64,000 nt of DNA from Candidatus Poribacteria bacterium (GCA_963663765.2 CAXXUA010000008.1:1-64000); one strand, 5' to 3'; positions 42,491 to 53,373 are shown, counted from the first letter of the stretch. Made by a program: numbers and translations. The notes: generated by a model not told the origin, from the letters alone.

Positions 42491-44110
42491 CTATTGATCG
42501 GTGAATTGCATCTCCGCACCCACAGTACAAGGAATAGACAAAATAAAAGCAGTTCCTGTAGATAGGTTTTTATCAACTTCTATGTTTCCTCCGTGGAGTC
42601 CCAGTATCTTTTGACTGATGTAAAGTCCAAGTCCTGTTCCTTTTTGTTTTGTTGTATAGAATGCGTCAAAAAGATGCGGAATTTCATTAGGTAAAATTCC
42701 AGGACCCGTGTCTTGTATCCGAATGTTTACGGTTTTCCCTTCGTTCTCTGTGTATGTCTTAATAGTTAACGTTCCACCTGATTCCATTGCTTCAATCGCG
42801 TTAGAGAATAGGTTGAAAATAACTTGCGTAATCCCATCTTGATTGATATTCACAGATGGACATTCAGCGAAATCACGAACCACTTCTATATGGTTACGAT
42901 CCAATTCGGGTTGATATGTTGCAAGGCAGTTATCAAGCAGTTGGTCAATTTTGCAGAGTTCTGTGTCCGAGATTGCAGGTTTACCGAACGCTAGCAACTG
43001 TTCTATAGAACGATTAAGCCGATCTACCTCTTTGATAATAATTTGTGTATATTCGTCAATTTCGCTGCGTTCATCTTTCGGTAACGGTGCAAAACGATCA
43101 TCGGGTTCACTCAGCAGCTGCGTTGCTAACCGAATACTACCGAGTGGATTTCGCACTTCATGCGCGATTGTCGTCACCAACTTACCGAGCGCAGCAAGTC
43201 GTTCCGAATACACTAACGCCTCAATCGTCTGTTTGATCTTTACACGTTGTGCGATAATAGATGCAATGATTGTTAATACTTGTTCATCTTCAGCGGCAGA
43301 GAGTTCATCCTTGGCTTTGTCAATCGTCAAAGTGCCGATAACACGTTCCTCTACAAAAACAGGTAGCACCCAAAATCCAATAGTATCCTTTGATTCAACC
43401 ATCTCAGGAGGAAACAACTTGATATCGGGACGAGGGATGCGATACTGCGGTACACCCACTGCTTCACCCTCTGCTAACACCTGCTTCTCAATTTCCTCTA
43501 TCTGATCGTCTGTTCCACGTTTCTGCTCTGCTGCTGTTAACCCTAAATTCACCTCAACGGATGTCACAAGTTCATCGTCTTCATAGATTTTCAACGCACC
43601 GCGATAGATACCGAGACGTTCAGAGAGTATCTCAATTATACGGTGAAAAAGTTCCTCCAATTCAAGTGCAGCATTCGCCGCTTGGCTTACCTCAAAAACG
43701 ATGGATAGGTCTCGCACCCGTTTCTCTAATGTTGTCTTTTCGCTACTGACCCTATCAATCTCTTTTACACGATATAATCGTTGAATTCTTAGTTGACGTA
43801 TTGTTCTAACAAAAACAAATGCTACAATTGGATATAGAAACGCTACTGCAAAACTTGCTATCTGGAGTGGATTTTGTAATGCATATACCCAATTGGCAAC
43901 CGTTGTCAATCCGAGCAGGATATTTTGATTACGCAAATCTCCATGAATCGCTGCTAACAACATCACACCGTAATAAAGGTGTGAAACGGTAAAATAATAC
44001 TGAACGGCACCGGTTGCATATATAACAATATTGACAGCGATCACACCGAGTGCTAATAATAGTGTTCTCATGAGACGTTTGCGTCCTGCTGGGGTTATGG
44101 TTGTTCCCAC
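42491..44110 (-). CDS. Membrane sensor histidine kinase with GAF domain
   Basis: N-terminal TMs, NifA-like GAF, H-box AHEVRNPL, N-box NAIEA and G-boxes DTGPG/GTGLGL. Confidence 0.9.
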   Translation of the reverse strand: MGTTITPAGRKRLMRTLLLALGVIAVNIVIYATGAVQYYFTVSHLYYGVMLLAAIHGDLRNQNILLGLTTVANWVYALQNPLQIASFAVAFLYPIVAFVFVRTIRQLRIQRLYRVKEIDRVSSEKTTLEKRVRDLSIVFEVSQAANAALELEELFHRIIEILSERLGIYRGALKIYEDDELVTSVEVNLGLTAAEQKRGTDDQIEEIEKQVLAEGEAVGVPQYRIPRPDIKLFPPEMVESKDTIGFWVLPVFVEERVIGTLTIDKAKDELSAAEDEQVLTIIASIIAQRVKIKQTIEALVYSERLAALGKLVTTIAHEVRNPLGSIRLATQLLSEPDDRFAPLPKDERSEIDEYTQIIIKEVDRLNRSIEQLLAFGKPAISDTELCKIDQLLDNCLATYQPELDRNHIEVVRDFAECPSVNINQDGITQVIFNLFSNAIEAMESGGTLTIKTYTENEGKTVNIRIQDTGPGILPNEIPHLFDAFYTTKQKGTGLGLYISQKILGLHGGNIEVDKNLSTGTAFILSIPCTVGAEMQFTDQ

Positions 44111-44127
44111 TAATGGATTTAACGTCG

Positions 44128-44730
44128 TTACAACTTTAAGAAATTGTCCAACATTTTTAGTCCTACACGTCCGCTCTTTTCTAAATGAAACTGTGTTGCG
44201 ATGAGATTGTTATGTGCTATTGCACTGCAGAATCCAAGACCGTAAGTCGTTTTACCAATGATAGTTACAGTATTATTCGGAACAGGAAAATAGGAGTTGA
44301 CGAAATAAAAATGAGCAGGATCGGGAACACCTTCAAATATCGGATGCGGACGGACTTGACACACTTCATTCCATCCAATCTGTGGCACTTTGAGTTGTTT
44401 ATTCGCGGGATATTTTTTCACTCTACCGGGAAGCAAACCGAGACACTCAGTATCCTCCTCCTCGCTGTGTTCAAAGAGGATTTGGATGCCGATGCAAATA
44501 CCTAACATTGGTTTGTCAGATTTGTAATATTTGACAAGAACTTCGTCAAGTGAAAAGTCATGCAGGTTTCCCATAGTCGCTTTTGCTGCACCGACCCCAG
44601 GAAAGATAACTCGGTCTGCAGTAAGAATGGTTTCGGCATCATCAGTGATTTGGTTTCTATAACCGAGGTGGTCCAAAGCACGGGCAACACTTGTTAGATT
44701 TCCTGCTTTGTAGTCTATAATTGCAATCAT
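44128..44730 (-). CDS. hisH: Imidazole glycerol phosphate synthase glutaminase subunit
   Basis: IIDYKAGNL.SV, FPGVG, GICIG.Q, VPQIGWN and QFHLEKSG. Confidence 0.93.
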   Translation of the reverse strand: MIAIIDYKAGNLTSVARALDHLGYRNQITDDAETILTADRVIFPGVGAAKATMGNLHDFSLDEVLVKYYKSDKPMLGICIGIQILFEHSEEEDTECLGLLPGRVKKYPANKQLKVPQIGWNEVCQVRPHPIFEGVPDPAHFYFVNSYFPVPNNTVTIIGKTTYGLGFCSAIAHNNLIATQFHLEKSGRVGLKMLDNFLKL

Positions 44731-44782
44731 TTATATTTGTCCAATACACATATTTCTTCAATCTATATAAGTATACAAGGAT

Positions 44783-45427
44783 TTAACCTCTCTTTTTCCC
44801 CTTCTTATTCATGATAATATGCATCCACAATCCCCAACCGAAACCTGCTACCAACCAGAATGGTAACCCAAAAACAAACAACATCTTCAAGTTCCACTCT
44901 TCTCCATTCATGACATTCCACACCTCCGGTATTACTACCATAAACAACCACATAAATCCCCCCCAAAAGAAAGTGCCTATTAATTTCCAATTTACATCAT
45001 TCGCTTGAAGTAAAGGCCGTTCAAGTACTTTTGCCAATCTTGCTTTTTCTTTCACTATCCATCTATCGCGGAAGAACCGAATAGGGAAATACCAAAGTGG
45101 AAATGTAATGATTAAGATTGCGTAACTACATAAACTCCATAGGCACGGAATTATTTGTTCGCAATTTGGACAAACAAATCCATACCAATGTCCTAATGCA
45201 TGTGCTTTCATCCATATACGTCCATCATTTATCGTTTCGCAGTGGGGACACGGAACATAACTACGTTCCATAAGAGGGTCACAGCTCTCTTTGTCTATCA
45301 ACGTTACCTTTGGCAACCGTACCCCCAAAATCAGTTCGTGGATTATCACAAGCGGGTTTAATATCCAGATAAAGACCAGAGGGTGAGGTAGCGCATGTAT
45401 TTTGTATCTGTTTTTGTCATATTGCAT
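44783..45427 (-). CDS. Membrane protein with Zn-ribbon (CPHC...CPNC), hypothetical
   Basis: Probable true start MQYDKNRYK at 45427; the ORF track fuses it to the upstream HNH fragment. Confidence 0.6.
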   Translation of the reverse strand: MQYDKNRYKIHALPHPLVFIWILNPLVIIHELILGVRLPKVTLIDKESCDPLMERSYVPCPHCETINDGRIWMKAHALGHWYGFVCPNCEQIIPCLWSLCSYAILIITFPLWYFPIRFFRDRWIVKEKARLAKVLERPLLQANDVNWKLIGTFFWGGFMWLFMVVIPEVWNVMNGEEWNLKMLFVFGLPFWLVAGFGWGLWMHIIMNKKGKKRG

Positions 45428-45504
45428 TGGTTTATTTTCGTCAATGTTTGTGTTCCAAATAATGTGGAGTTTATTATCTTGATTCGCATTATATCCATTT
45501 ATTT

Positions 45505-46591
45505 TGTCCAAAACTCCCTGTTCTTTCAAACGTGCAATAAGTTGTGCCTGCGTGTTTGTACCTTTCGTCGAATTGCACGCGCCGCAAAGTAGTTGTAAAT
45601 TATCTTCGTGGTCAGTGCCGCCTTGGGAATGTGGCACGATGTGGTCAACCGTCATATTCCTAAACGGGAATTGAGTTCGACATCCATTGCATAGTCCTTC
45701 CTGTTAACCGAACAAGGTGTGTTTGTGGGTGCGGTAATTAGGGAGCTGTTCACTCCGTTTCGGTATGTCGGTGCGATGGATAACATCTCCGAACATGCCA
45801 ACTTCTTCTCCAGACTGACGCGCACAAGTTCAATTGCTTTCGGTGTTATGTCTATACCGATCCAGTGACGCTGTAAACGTTCAGCAGCGACACAGGTAGT
45901 TGCACACCTACAGAACAGGTCTAACACAAAATCACCTTTGTTACTACTCGCTTTGATGATACGTTCTAACAACGCTATAGGTTTCTGTGTAGGATAACCT
46001 GTGGATTCTTTTGATCGCGAATTGAGTGCGCCTATTTCTGTCCAATTATCCAATTCGGGACGTCCCATAGATTCATCCGTGTAACGTTATAATATCGTGT
46101 CCTCTACCGAAACGGGATTTGGTATTATTTTTAGCACCCGTTGCTGAATTCCATACTACCTCATTTTTAAAGTTGTTCTTACTAAACACCGTATCCATCA
46201 GCATTTTGAGATAGTGACTTGCAGTTGGATCACAGTGCAAGTATATACTCCCTGTGTTATTCAACACACGCTTCATCTCTAACAACCGCACTGCCATCAT
46301 GATTAGGTAAGACTTCATACCTTTACCGTGTGTCAACTCCGCTGCGTGGATCGCTATGTAGAGTGCTGGTTCACGGTCTGTTATCTCACCGTGCCATGCG
46401 TTGTCTACATCAGAAAGCGTCCATGTGTCTTTGAACGCAGCACCAGCTGCCTCGCTGCCAATCGGCGCAGCATAGTTGCGGTTAGAGTTAAACGGCGGGT
46501 CAAGATAAATTAGATCAATAGACTCGCTGTCTATTCCGCGTAGGATAGGTAAGTTGTCGTGTGAAAATACGGCTCGGTTTTGGACGTTCAT
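45505..46591 (-). pseudogene. DNA methyltransferase-HNH endonuclease fusion, fragmented
   Basis: IDLIYLDPPFNS (46073-46591); YPTQKP and a degenerate SAM motif LFCRCATT (45652-46068); frameshift, then FG*QEGLCNGC...VDHIVP...GG.....NLQLLC..CN..KG. Confidence 0.8.
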
Positions 46592-47121
46592 TTGCTAACA
46601 CGATGAAAAGTTAATTCGTTTGTATATATCGGGGAAGATTTATATATGCACATAGCTGCTTTGTAAAGCGGTTCCAGATATAATGTCCTCAAAGGTTTAT
46701 CTATAGTCATAAAATAACGCCAATCAGTAAAAGCATCTTGATACTCTTTCAATATAACCTCTACACTATCTAAATCTTTACGAACTATAATATCCGATTT
46801 TATTTCGTCAAATAGAGATTCTATTTCCGATTTAGATTTAGAAGTTAGTGTATTGAAGAGATTGTAAAGGTTATGATGTTTCTCTATTTTTTTATTTTCT
46901 AGCTGAATTTTATATTTTAATAACAATTCTATACAATGACAAATAATCATTAATGCAGATAAGGTCATTCCAATAAAAAATGGGTTAATGTCTCCATCTT
47001 CAGATTGACTTGATTCATTAATAACTACGACTGATTGCAACATACCAGGGACAGTATGTCGTAAAGCATTTTCTTGAATAACAATCTTTTCCTGTTTGTG
47101 ATTATTACTCATCATACACAT
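46588..47121 (-). CDS. HEPN-like domain protein
   Basis: CIELLLKY, HNL..LF and F.DWRY pattern; ATGA-coupled to the MTase. Confidence 0.6.
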   Translation of the reverse strand: MCMMSNNHKQEKIVIQENALRHTVPGMLQSVVVINESSQSEDGDINPFFIGMTLSALMIICHCIELLLKYKIQLENKKIEKHHNLYNLFNTLTSKSKSEIESLFDEIKSDIIVRKDLDSVEVILKEYQDAFTDWRYFMTIDKPLRTLYLEPLYKAAMCIYKSSPIYTNELTFHRVSK

Positions 47122-47190
47122 CCTTTGTTAGCGCGGGTTTTGCGTCTCCCTGCTGGTGTAGAATACGGTGTGGTTTTGGATGTTTATACA

Positions 47191-47466
47191 CTAATCTATA
47201 TCTATAAGATGCAACCGAAATACGACAAAATTACTATGGTTCATTGGCTTATATTTCGGTTTATCCGTAAGTTCAAGGGAATTATTAAGATCTTTAGCAA
47301 CATCATCAGCTAGACATATTATATTAGTACATCTCTTAGATACTTGAAAACATAAACGATCAACTGCTTTTGGACCAACTTCATCCAATTCTATTCCTTC
47401 ATACTCAGAATCAATAAGTACCTCATTCACAGTCTTAACTACATGTTTGTATTCTAATTCAACCAT
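47191..47466 (-). CDS. Hypothetical protein (cassette-like)
   Basis: RBS GAGGA; low GC. Confidence 0.55.
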   Translation of the reverse strand: MVELEYKHVVKTVNEVLIDSEYEGIELDEVGPKAVDRLCFQVSKRCTNIICLADDVAKDLNNSLELTDKPKYKPMNHSNFVVFRLHLIDID

Positions 47467-47586
47467 TTTAATATTTCCTCTGTTAATATAGGTTTTGCAT
47501 CACCTCGCGAGGTTGTCATCTGAAATACAGTATGGTTTCAGACATTCAATGATTGCCACCCAAATTAAAGAGCATTGTCTACGAAT

Positions 47587-47880
47587 CTAAAATTCATCAA
47601 CATTTAATGAATTTTCTTCAATAATTTGAATATTATCCTTGGATGGACTCCAAGTAGGACAATTATTATGAAGTGCCTTCCACATAAGAATGCTATCATT
47701 TTCTGCTTGATTTTCATCTTCGTAAGGTCCAATAAAATATACTGATTGACGTTCTGGTAGTATTATTGCAGACCGCAACTCAATTACCCATTTCTGTCGA
47801 CTTACGGGATGTTCTTTTACCTCAACACTTCTGCATGTGTTCAGATTAACCCAAGGACCTTTATTCGTTTTAACAAACAT
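47587..47880 (-). CDS. Hypothetical protein (cassette-like)
   Basis: RBS AAAGGA; low GC. Confidence 0.6.
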   Translation of the reverse strand: MFVKTNKGPWVNLNTCRSVEVKEHPVSRQKWVIELRSAIILPERQSVYFIGPYEDENQAENDSILMWKALHNNCPTWSPSKDNIQIIEENSLNVDEF

Positions 47881-47939
47881 AGCATTTCTTCCTTTGTTAG
47901 TTGGCGTGAGGTATTACATCTCCGTGCGGTTTTGAACGT

Positions 47940-48218
47940 TTATTCAATTGTCCCATCTGATTTAGCCGCTACATGTTGCCCAATTAATTCTAAACTCTTA
48001 GAATATAATATATTCCCGATTTGGTTTAATATTCCACATTGCAAATCCTCAAAAAAATACTTTCTTTTTTCGTCATCTGACTCAAGCAATGATATTTCTG
48101 TAATATCATTGCTTGTTTTTTGAGCATCATAGTGATTTGGTTTATGACTATCATTATAAGATATAACCAACTTATCATCTTTTATTTCTATTGAAAACCA
48201 ACATTTATACATATCCAT
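47940..48218 (-). CDS. Hypothetical protein (cassette-like)
   Basis: RBS AAAGGAG; its stop overlaps a decayed MTase start copy. Confidence 0.6.
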   Translation of the reverse strand: MDMYKCWFSIEIKDDKLVISYNDSHKPNHYDAQKTSNDITEISLLESDDEKRKYFFEDLQCGILNQIGNILYSKSLELIGQHVAAKSDGTIE

Positions 48219-48885
48219 GAAGTCTCCTTTTTTATGAGAGGTATAACATTTTGCTTAAGGATATCGTGTAAAAATACGGTACTGTTTTGTTACGAATATC
48301 GGTATTATTGGATGTTTATGTAAGTAGATAACATACCAAATACATCTGATCTTAGGCGTTGACTATTATATTTGATTGACTCTTTAAAAGCAGTATATAC
48401 ATTGTCTTGATGAATGTTCGTGATCAGATTCCAGATTTCACTGCGAATCTGATCACCCCACTCACATTTCTGTCTACCCTTAAAAGTTATAGGTGTTTTA
48501 TTTGTTACATAACTTAATGCCTCATGATATTTTTCTAATGCTTTAGTGGTTGACTCGCTAAGTAATTTCAGTATTCTATGTTTGAAATTCTTAAACTTCC
48601 AACCCCCCTGCCCCCCTTATCAAGGGAGAGGAACTTTTGGATCTATTCCATCCGTTCTCTACATGATAAATGTTTAGCGAGTGAACCATTTAGAATGGAC
48701 ATAGTCTTCCTTATGAGACAAGCCTTCATTAACAAGTTTTCTTACGTTCCTCATCGCTCATTTCAAGAAGTGCTTTAAAACCTAGTTTATTCATAGCTTT
48801 TCTCCATTGTTGATAGCATGGAGTTTAACGTTTCCTTGCAGGTTAGTAACTAAAGAATAGTTTTTGTTCATTCACAAATACCAAA

Positions 48886-49365
48886 TTAACTTGATAACGT
48901 TTGAAGTTGTTTACGTAAGTTTGCCATTTCAATCGCAGTTACCGCTGCCTCAGCACCTTTATTGCCAGCTTTTGTGCCTGCGCGTTCAATCGCTTGTTCA
49001 ATTGTATCTGTGGTAATAATACCGTTGATAATTGGAAGGTCGGTCTGTAATGAAACCTGTGCGATACCTTTGGTACTTTCACCCGCAACATAATCAAAGT
49101 GTGGCGTAGCACCTCGAATCACAGCACCAATACAAATCAGTGCATCGTAGCGTCCGCTTTCGGCAAGTTGTTTAGCAATACCTGGCGTCTCAAAAGCACC
49201 AGGAGTCCACACTACATCAACATCACCTAAGTTACCACCGTGGCGTTTTATAGCATCAAGTGCACCATCTAATAATTTTGATGTTATAAAACTGTTAAAC
49301 CTGCTGACAACAATACCGAATTTAAGCCCGTTGCTATTCAGGTTGCCCTCATATATGTTTGGCAT
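48886..49365 (-). CDS. ribH: 6,7-dimethyl-8-ribityllumazine synthase
   Basis: [25 protein letters not shown] and [14 protein letters not shown]. Confidence 0.96.
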   Translation of the reverse strand: MPNIYEGNLNSNGLKFGIVVSRFNSFITSKLLDGALDAIKRHGGNLGDVDVVWTPGAFETPGIAKQLAESGRYDALICIGAVIRGATPHFDYVAGESTKGIAQVSLQTDLPIINGIITTDTIEQAIERAGTKAGNKGAEAAVTAIEMANLRKQLQTLSS

Positions 49366-49405
49366 ATTTATTATATATTCCTATAAGGTGATTTGTTCTT
49401 GGATT

Positions 49406-50623
49406 TTAGAGAAGATGTCCCAGTTTCGTGCGCTTTGTCTGTAGATAACGCTTATTATGCGGATTTGGTGTTGTCTGCAAACCAATTTGTTCAACGATCT
49501 CCAACCCATATCCCGATAGACCTTTGACTTTATGCGGGTTGTTTGTCATAAGTCGCATTTTTTTAACACCTAAATCTACCAAAATCTGAGCACCGATGCC
49601 ATAATCGCGTAGGTCTGGTGGATACCCAAGACGTTCATTTGCTTCAACTGTATCCAAACCTTCATTATCCTGAAGTTGGTATGCGCGAATTTTGTCTTTA
49701 AGACCCATACCTCTACCTTCCTGACGCATATAAAGCAACACGCCGCGTCCCTCTTTTTCTATGTTTTGTAGTGCAATTTGCAGCTGCTCACCACAATCAC
49801 AGCGAAGAGAGCCGAAAACATCACCGGTTAAACATTGTGAGTGTACCCTCACCAATATAGGACTACCATCACCAATCTGTCCTTTCGTTAATGCAATATG
49901 TGTATCAGTTGGTTCACCAGGTGTCGGTTCGCCATCAACGTTACTCTCATAAGCATGTAGTTTGAATTCTCCGTGATCAGACGGTATTTCCGCAGTTGAA
50001 ACATGCTTAATCAACGTTTCAGTGCTGCGACGATAAGCGATCAGGTCAGAAATCGTAATGATTTTCAGATCGTGTTGCTGTGCAAATTCTAACAGTTCTG
50101 GTACACGCGCCATTGTGCCATCATCGTTAAGCACTTCACACAAAACTCCTGCAGGATACAAGCCTGCGAGACGTGCCAAATCAACCGTAGCTTCGGTATG
50201 TCCAGCACGTCTCAGCACGCCACCAGGTTTTGCATCTAATGGGAAAATATGTCCGGGTCTTACGAAATCGGAAGGAACAGCGTCTTCATCAACAAATTTA
50301 CGAATGGTATATGCTCGTTCTTGAGCAGAAATCCCTGTGGTGACCTCTTTAGCGTCAATCGTTACGGTAAATGCAGTCTGCATCTGTGCGGTGTTTTCCA
50401 TCACCATCGGGTTTAGTTGCAGTTCAGCGAGACGTTCCGAGCAGGTTGGAAGGCAGATCAACCCGCGTCCGTGTTTTGCCATAAAGTTGATTGATTCTGC
50501 TGTCACCTTTTCTGCTGCCATGATGAGATCACCTTCATTCTCACGATCAGGTTCATCAACTACGATGATCATCTCACCCGCTTTAATTGCAGAAAGGGCT
50601 TCAGGTATGGTACTAAATTCCAT
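49406..50623 (-). CDS. ribBA: Bifunctional DHBP synthase / GTP cyclohydrolase II
   Basis: DRENEGD, RAGHTEA and [20 protein letters not shown]. Confidence 0.96.
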   Translation of the reverse strand: MEFSTIPEALSAIKAGEMIIVVDEPDRENEGDLIMAAEKVTAESINFMAKHGRGLICLPTCSERLAELQLNPMVMENTAQMQTAFTVTIDAKEVTTGISAQERAYTIRKFVDEDAVPSDFVRPGHIFPLDAKPGGVLRRAGHTEATVDLARLAGLYPAGVLCEVLNDDGTMARVPELLEFAQQHDLKIITISDLIAYRRSTETLIKHVSTAEIPSDHGEFKLHAYESNVDGEPTPGEPTDTHIALTKGQIGDGSPILVRVHSQCLTGDVFGSLRCDCGEQLQIALQNIEKEGRGVLLYMRQEGRGMGLKDKIRAYQLQDNEGLDTVEANERLGYPPDLRDYGIGAQILVDLGVKKMRLMTNNPHKVKGLSGYGLEIVEQIGLQTTPNPHNKRYLQTKRTKLGHLL

Positions 50624-50653
50624 GATATATTATTTTCTACTGTTTTTTATTCC

Positions 50654-51298
50654 TTATCCATATCCATGTTTTTGTAAAAACTCTAAGTCTATTGTCTTTG
50701 ATGATGGCATCTGATTTTGCATCAATGTTTCAATGTAACGTGCCATCACATCCACTTCTATGTTCACAATATCACCATTTCGTCTTCTACCAAGGGTTGT
50801 GACTTCCAATGTATGTGGAATTAAAGCTACCTCAAAACTATTGTTAATCACATTCGCGATAGTTAAACTCACACCATCAACAGCAATAGAACCTTTATAA
50901 GCAATATAGGGTTTCACCTTGGAACTGACTGTGACCTGCATAATTACAGATGAGCCTTCGTTTTCCCAACTGGTGATGGTAGCAATTTCGTCTACATGAC
51001 CTAATACGATGTGTCCCCCAAACCGATCCCCTAATTGAAGGGAACGTTCCAGATTGACTTGCATACCAACTTTACATGAACGAAAGGTTGTCCTACGGCA
51101 TGTTTCTTCGCTAATATCTGCAACAAATCCACTATCCTCAAGCGATCGGACGGTAAGGCACGGACCATCAACTGCAATGCTGTCACCTATTTTGGCATCT
51201 TCAAGCACTGTTCCTGCGTTTATCTTGACAGTCACACCACTGGATTTCGGATGGACTTCGGTTATCGTTCCAACTTCTTCAATGATACCGGTAAACAT
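50654..51298 (-). CDS. ribE: Riboflavin synthase
   Basis: Canonical MFTGIIEE start at 51298; GGHIVLGHVD. Confidence 0.95.
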   Translation of the reverse strand: MFTGIIEEVGTITEVHPKSSGVTVKINAGTVLEDAKIGDSIAVDGPCLTVRSLEDSGFVADISEETCRRTTFRSCKVGMQVNLERSLQLGDRFGGHIVLGHVDEIATITSWENEGSSVIMQVTVSSKVKPYIAYKGSIAVDGVSLTIANVINNSFEVALIPHTLEVTTLGRRRNGDIVNIEVDVMARYIETLMQNQMPSSKTIDLEFLQKHGYG

Positions 51299-51302
51299 GC
51301 TA

Positions 51303-52400
51303 TTAGAAATACCCCTCAATCAATAGGTCATAACCGATTTCGGTGATAGTCCAACGTTTCAATTCTGGTGCATCAACCAAACGCGTTATTCCTACACCAT
51401 TAAAGACACCCGGAGCGTCGTTTCCACCGATAAATTTAGGTGCTACAAAGCACATGACTTTATCAACAAGTCCGGATGCCAACGCACTCGTATTAACTTT
51501 ACCACCACCTTCTATCATTACACTTGTTAAACCACGTGCTCCTAAGTTCTCCATCAGCGTTTTAAAACAGACACGTCCATCGTTTGCAGGTATTACAACA
51601 ACTTCAGCACCCGCTTTCTCCAAACCAACTATATTCTCAGCATGTGCTTGCGGTGTAACAGCAATAATGACCCCTGCATTGCTCTCTGAGTTGAATACCT
51701 TTGCCGATGTAGGCGTTCTTCCATTAGAATCTAACACAATGCGCGTTGCGTCTTTTCCCTGTTTCTGAGTCAGTCTCGTGGTTAAAGCGGGATTATCGCT
51801 TGTAATCGTCCCGACTCCAACAAGAATTGCGTCTACCTCATCACGTAGCGCATGCACCTTTTCTCGTGATTCTGACGATGTTATCCATTGCGATTCACCT
51901 GTTGACGTTGCGATCTTCCCATCCAGACTCATCGCCATTTTCAATATAATAAACGGGTAACCCGTTTTCACATGTTTAATGTATACCTCATTCAGTTTTT
52001 CCGCTGCTTCTGTAAACAATCCTACGTTAACTTTTATGCCAGCATCCGCTAACTGCTGGAAACCTTTTCCTGCCACCTTCGGATTTGGGTCTAAATGTGC
52101 AGCGTAAACATGTGCAATACCCGCTGTTATGATTGCATCTGTGCAAGGTGGTGTAAGTCCCCAATGACAACAAGGCTCAAGGTTCACATAAAGCGTCGCA
52201 CCTTCTGCTTTTTCCCCCGCATCACGCAAACCGTGTATTTCTGCATGGGGTGCACCCGCTTTCTGATGATACCCTTCACCGACAACTACCCCTGCGTTAA
52301 CAATCACCGCACCAACAAGTGGATTCGGACTTGTCCGTCCCTTCCCCTGTTCTGCCAATGCTAATGCGCGGTTCATAAACGCTTCATGCGTCTTGTTCAT
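51303..52400 (-). CDS. ribD: Riboflavin biosynthesis deaminase/reductase
   Basis: PNPLVGAV, HAE, LEPCCH..TPPC and SLDGKIA. Confidence 0.96.
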   Translation of the reverse strand: MNKTHEAFMNRALALAEQGKGRTSPNPLVGAVIVNAGVVVGEGYHQKAGAPHAEIHGLRDAGEKAEGATLYVNLEPCCHWGLTPPCTDAIITAGIAHVYAAHLDPNPKVAGKGFQQLADAGIKVNVGLFTEAAEKLNEVYIKHVKTGYPFIILKMAMSLDGKIATSTGESQWITSSESREKVHALRDEVDAILVGVGTITSDNPALTTRLTQKQGKDATRIVLDSNGRTPTSAKVFNSESNAGVIIAVTPQAHAENIVGLEKAGAEVVVIPANDGRVCFKTLMENLGARGLTSVMIEGGGKVNTSALASGLVDKVMCFVAPKFIGGNDAPGVFNGVGITRLVDAPELKRWTITEIGYDLLIEGYF

Positions 52401-52446
52401 CGCAATGTATCACCCACAGTGCTTTATATATAAGTATACCACAAAT

Positions 52447-52959
52447 TCAGATTAAATCAAAATCATTTTTGGGAACATCCATTGCCTCTAAGCACTCAAG
52501 TACCTCTGTCTGATCAACCAAATCAAACTGATGCGTCCCTATATACATATACCGAATTGTCCCAAATTTGTCTATGATAAAGGTTGCAGGTCTTGCTATG
52601 TTGTAAGCCTCAAAACTGAGCCAGTGATATACACCATAACTCTTGATGACACTTCTATCTTTGTCTACCAAAAGTGGAAAAGTGATACCGTTTCGTTCAG
52701 CAAACCCACGCAGTTCTCGAGGCCATTGTCCAGCAATACCAATCGGAGTTCCATGATACTTGGCAAAATCATCAGAGTGAGCTTGCACTGCAGCCAACTG
52801 GCGGCGACTATTCGGTCACCATGTTCCCCTAAAAAAGGTCAAAACTACGTGCTGTTCATCACGAAAATTCTCCAACGACACAACCTGACGTCGATGTGAC
52901 GGAAGTGAAAATTCCGGTGCTATATCACCTATGTTGAGTATTTTGTTCTGACGTGGCAT
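52447..52959 (-). CDS. AhpC/TSA peroxiredoxin-like protein with in-frame UGA (probable selenocysteine, U48)
   Basis: MPRQNKILNIGDIAPEFSLP...FFRGTW-TGA-PNSRRQL...ARPATFIID; the TGA at 52816-52818 falls at the catalytic Cys position. Confidence 0.8.
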
Positions 52960-53011
52960 AGCATCATTTTCGCAGATAATTCATCATAAGTCAAGAGGGT
53001 AGGAAAAGATG

Positions 53012-53314
53012 GGGTGTGTAAAGTTTTTGCACAAGTCTTATTGTAGGTTGAAAAGATCGCAGTATTATTTAGTTTTCAATATTTTTGATAATATTTTGCT
53101 ATGTCGTTAATTTTATGTGATACCATCTTGTATGTGTCTTTAGTCCCGTATAAAGATTATAGTGGATTTTAGAATTATTTTTACACTTTCAGGTGTAGGA
53201 GGGAACTCCGATTCACGACTATCAAGGCGTTCAGTCGCGATTCGGAGATCGCTCCTACAGAAGAAGTGTAAACTTAATTGTATATTTCACTTTAAGAGGA
53301 AATGCGTAAGTCCT
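53012..53314. mobile_element. Cluster of partial MITEs/REPINs
   Basis: GGGTGTGTAAAG end, a family B fragment, an element matching the reverse of ~60907-61045, and a family A end. Confidence 0.6.
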
Positions 53315-53373
53315 GCATTTGAGAGTAAAACACTCAAAATCTCAAAGTTTTATTGTAATCTTCCTTGTTTTCA

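Noticed and set aside
46553-48300. Classical integron
   Set aside because: No tyrosine integrase and no RYYYAAC...GTTRRRY attC palindromes seen; the spacers are direct repeats of a gene start instead.
52400-53010. FMN riboswitch upstream of the rib operon
   Set aside because: The region is occupied by the peroxiredoxin gene; no RFN consensus recognised.
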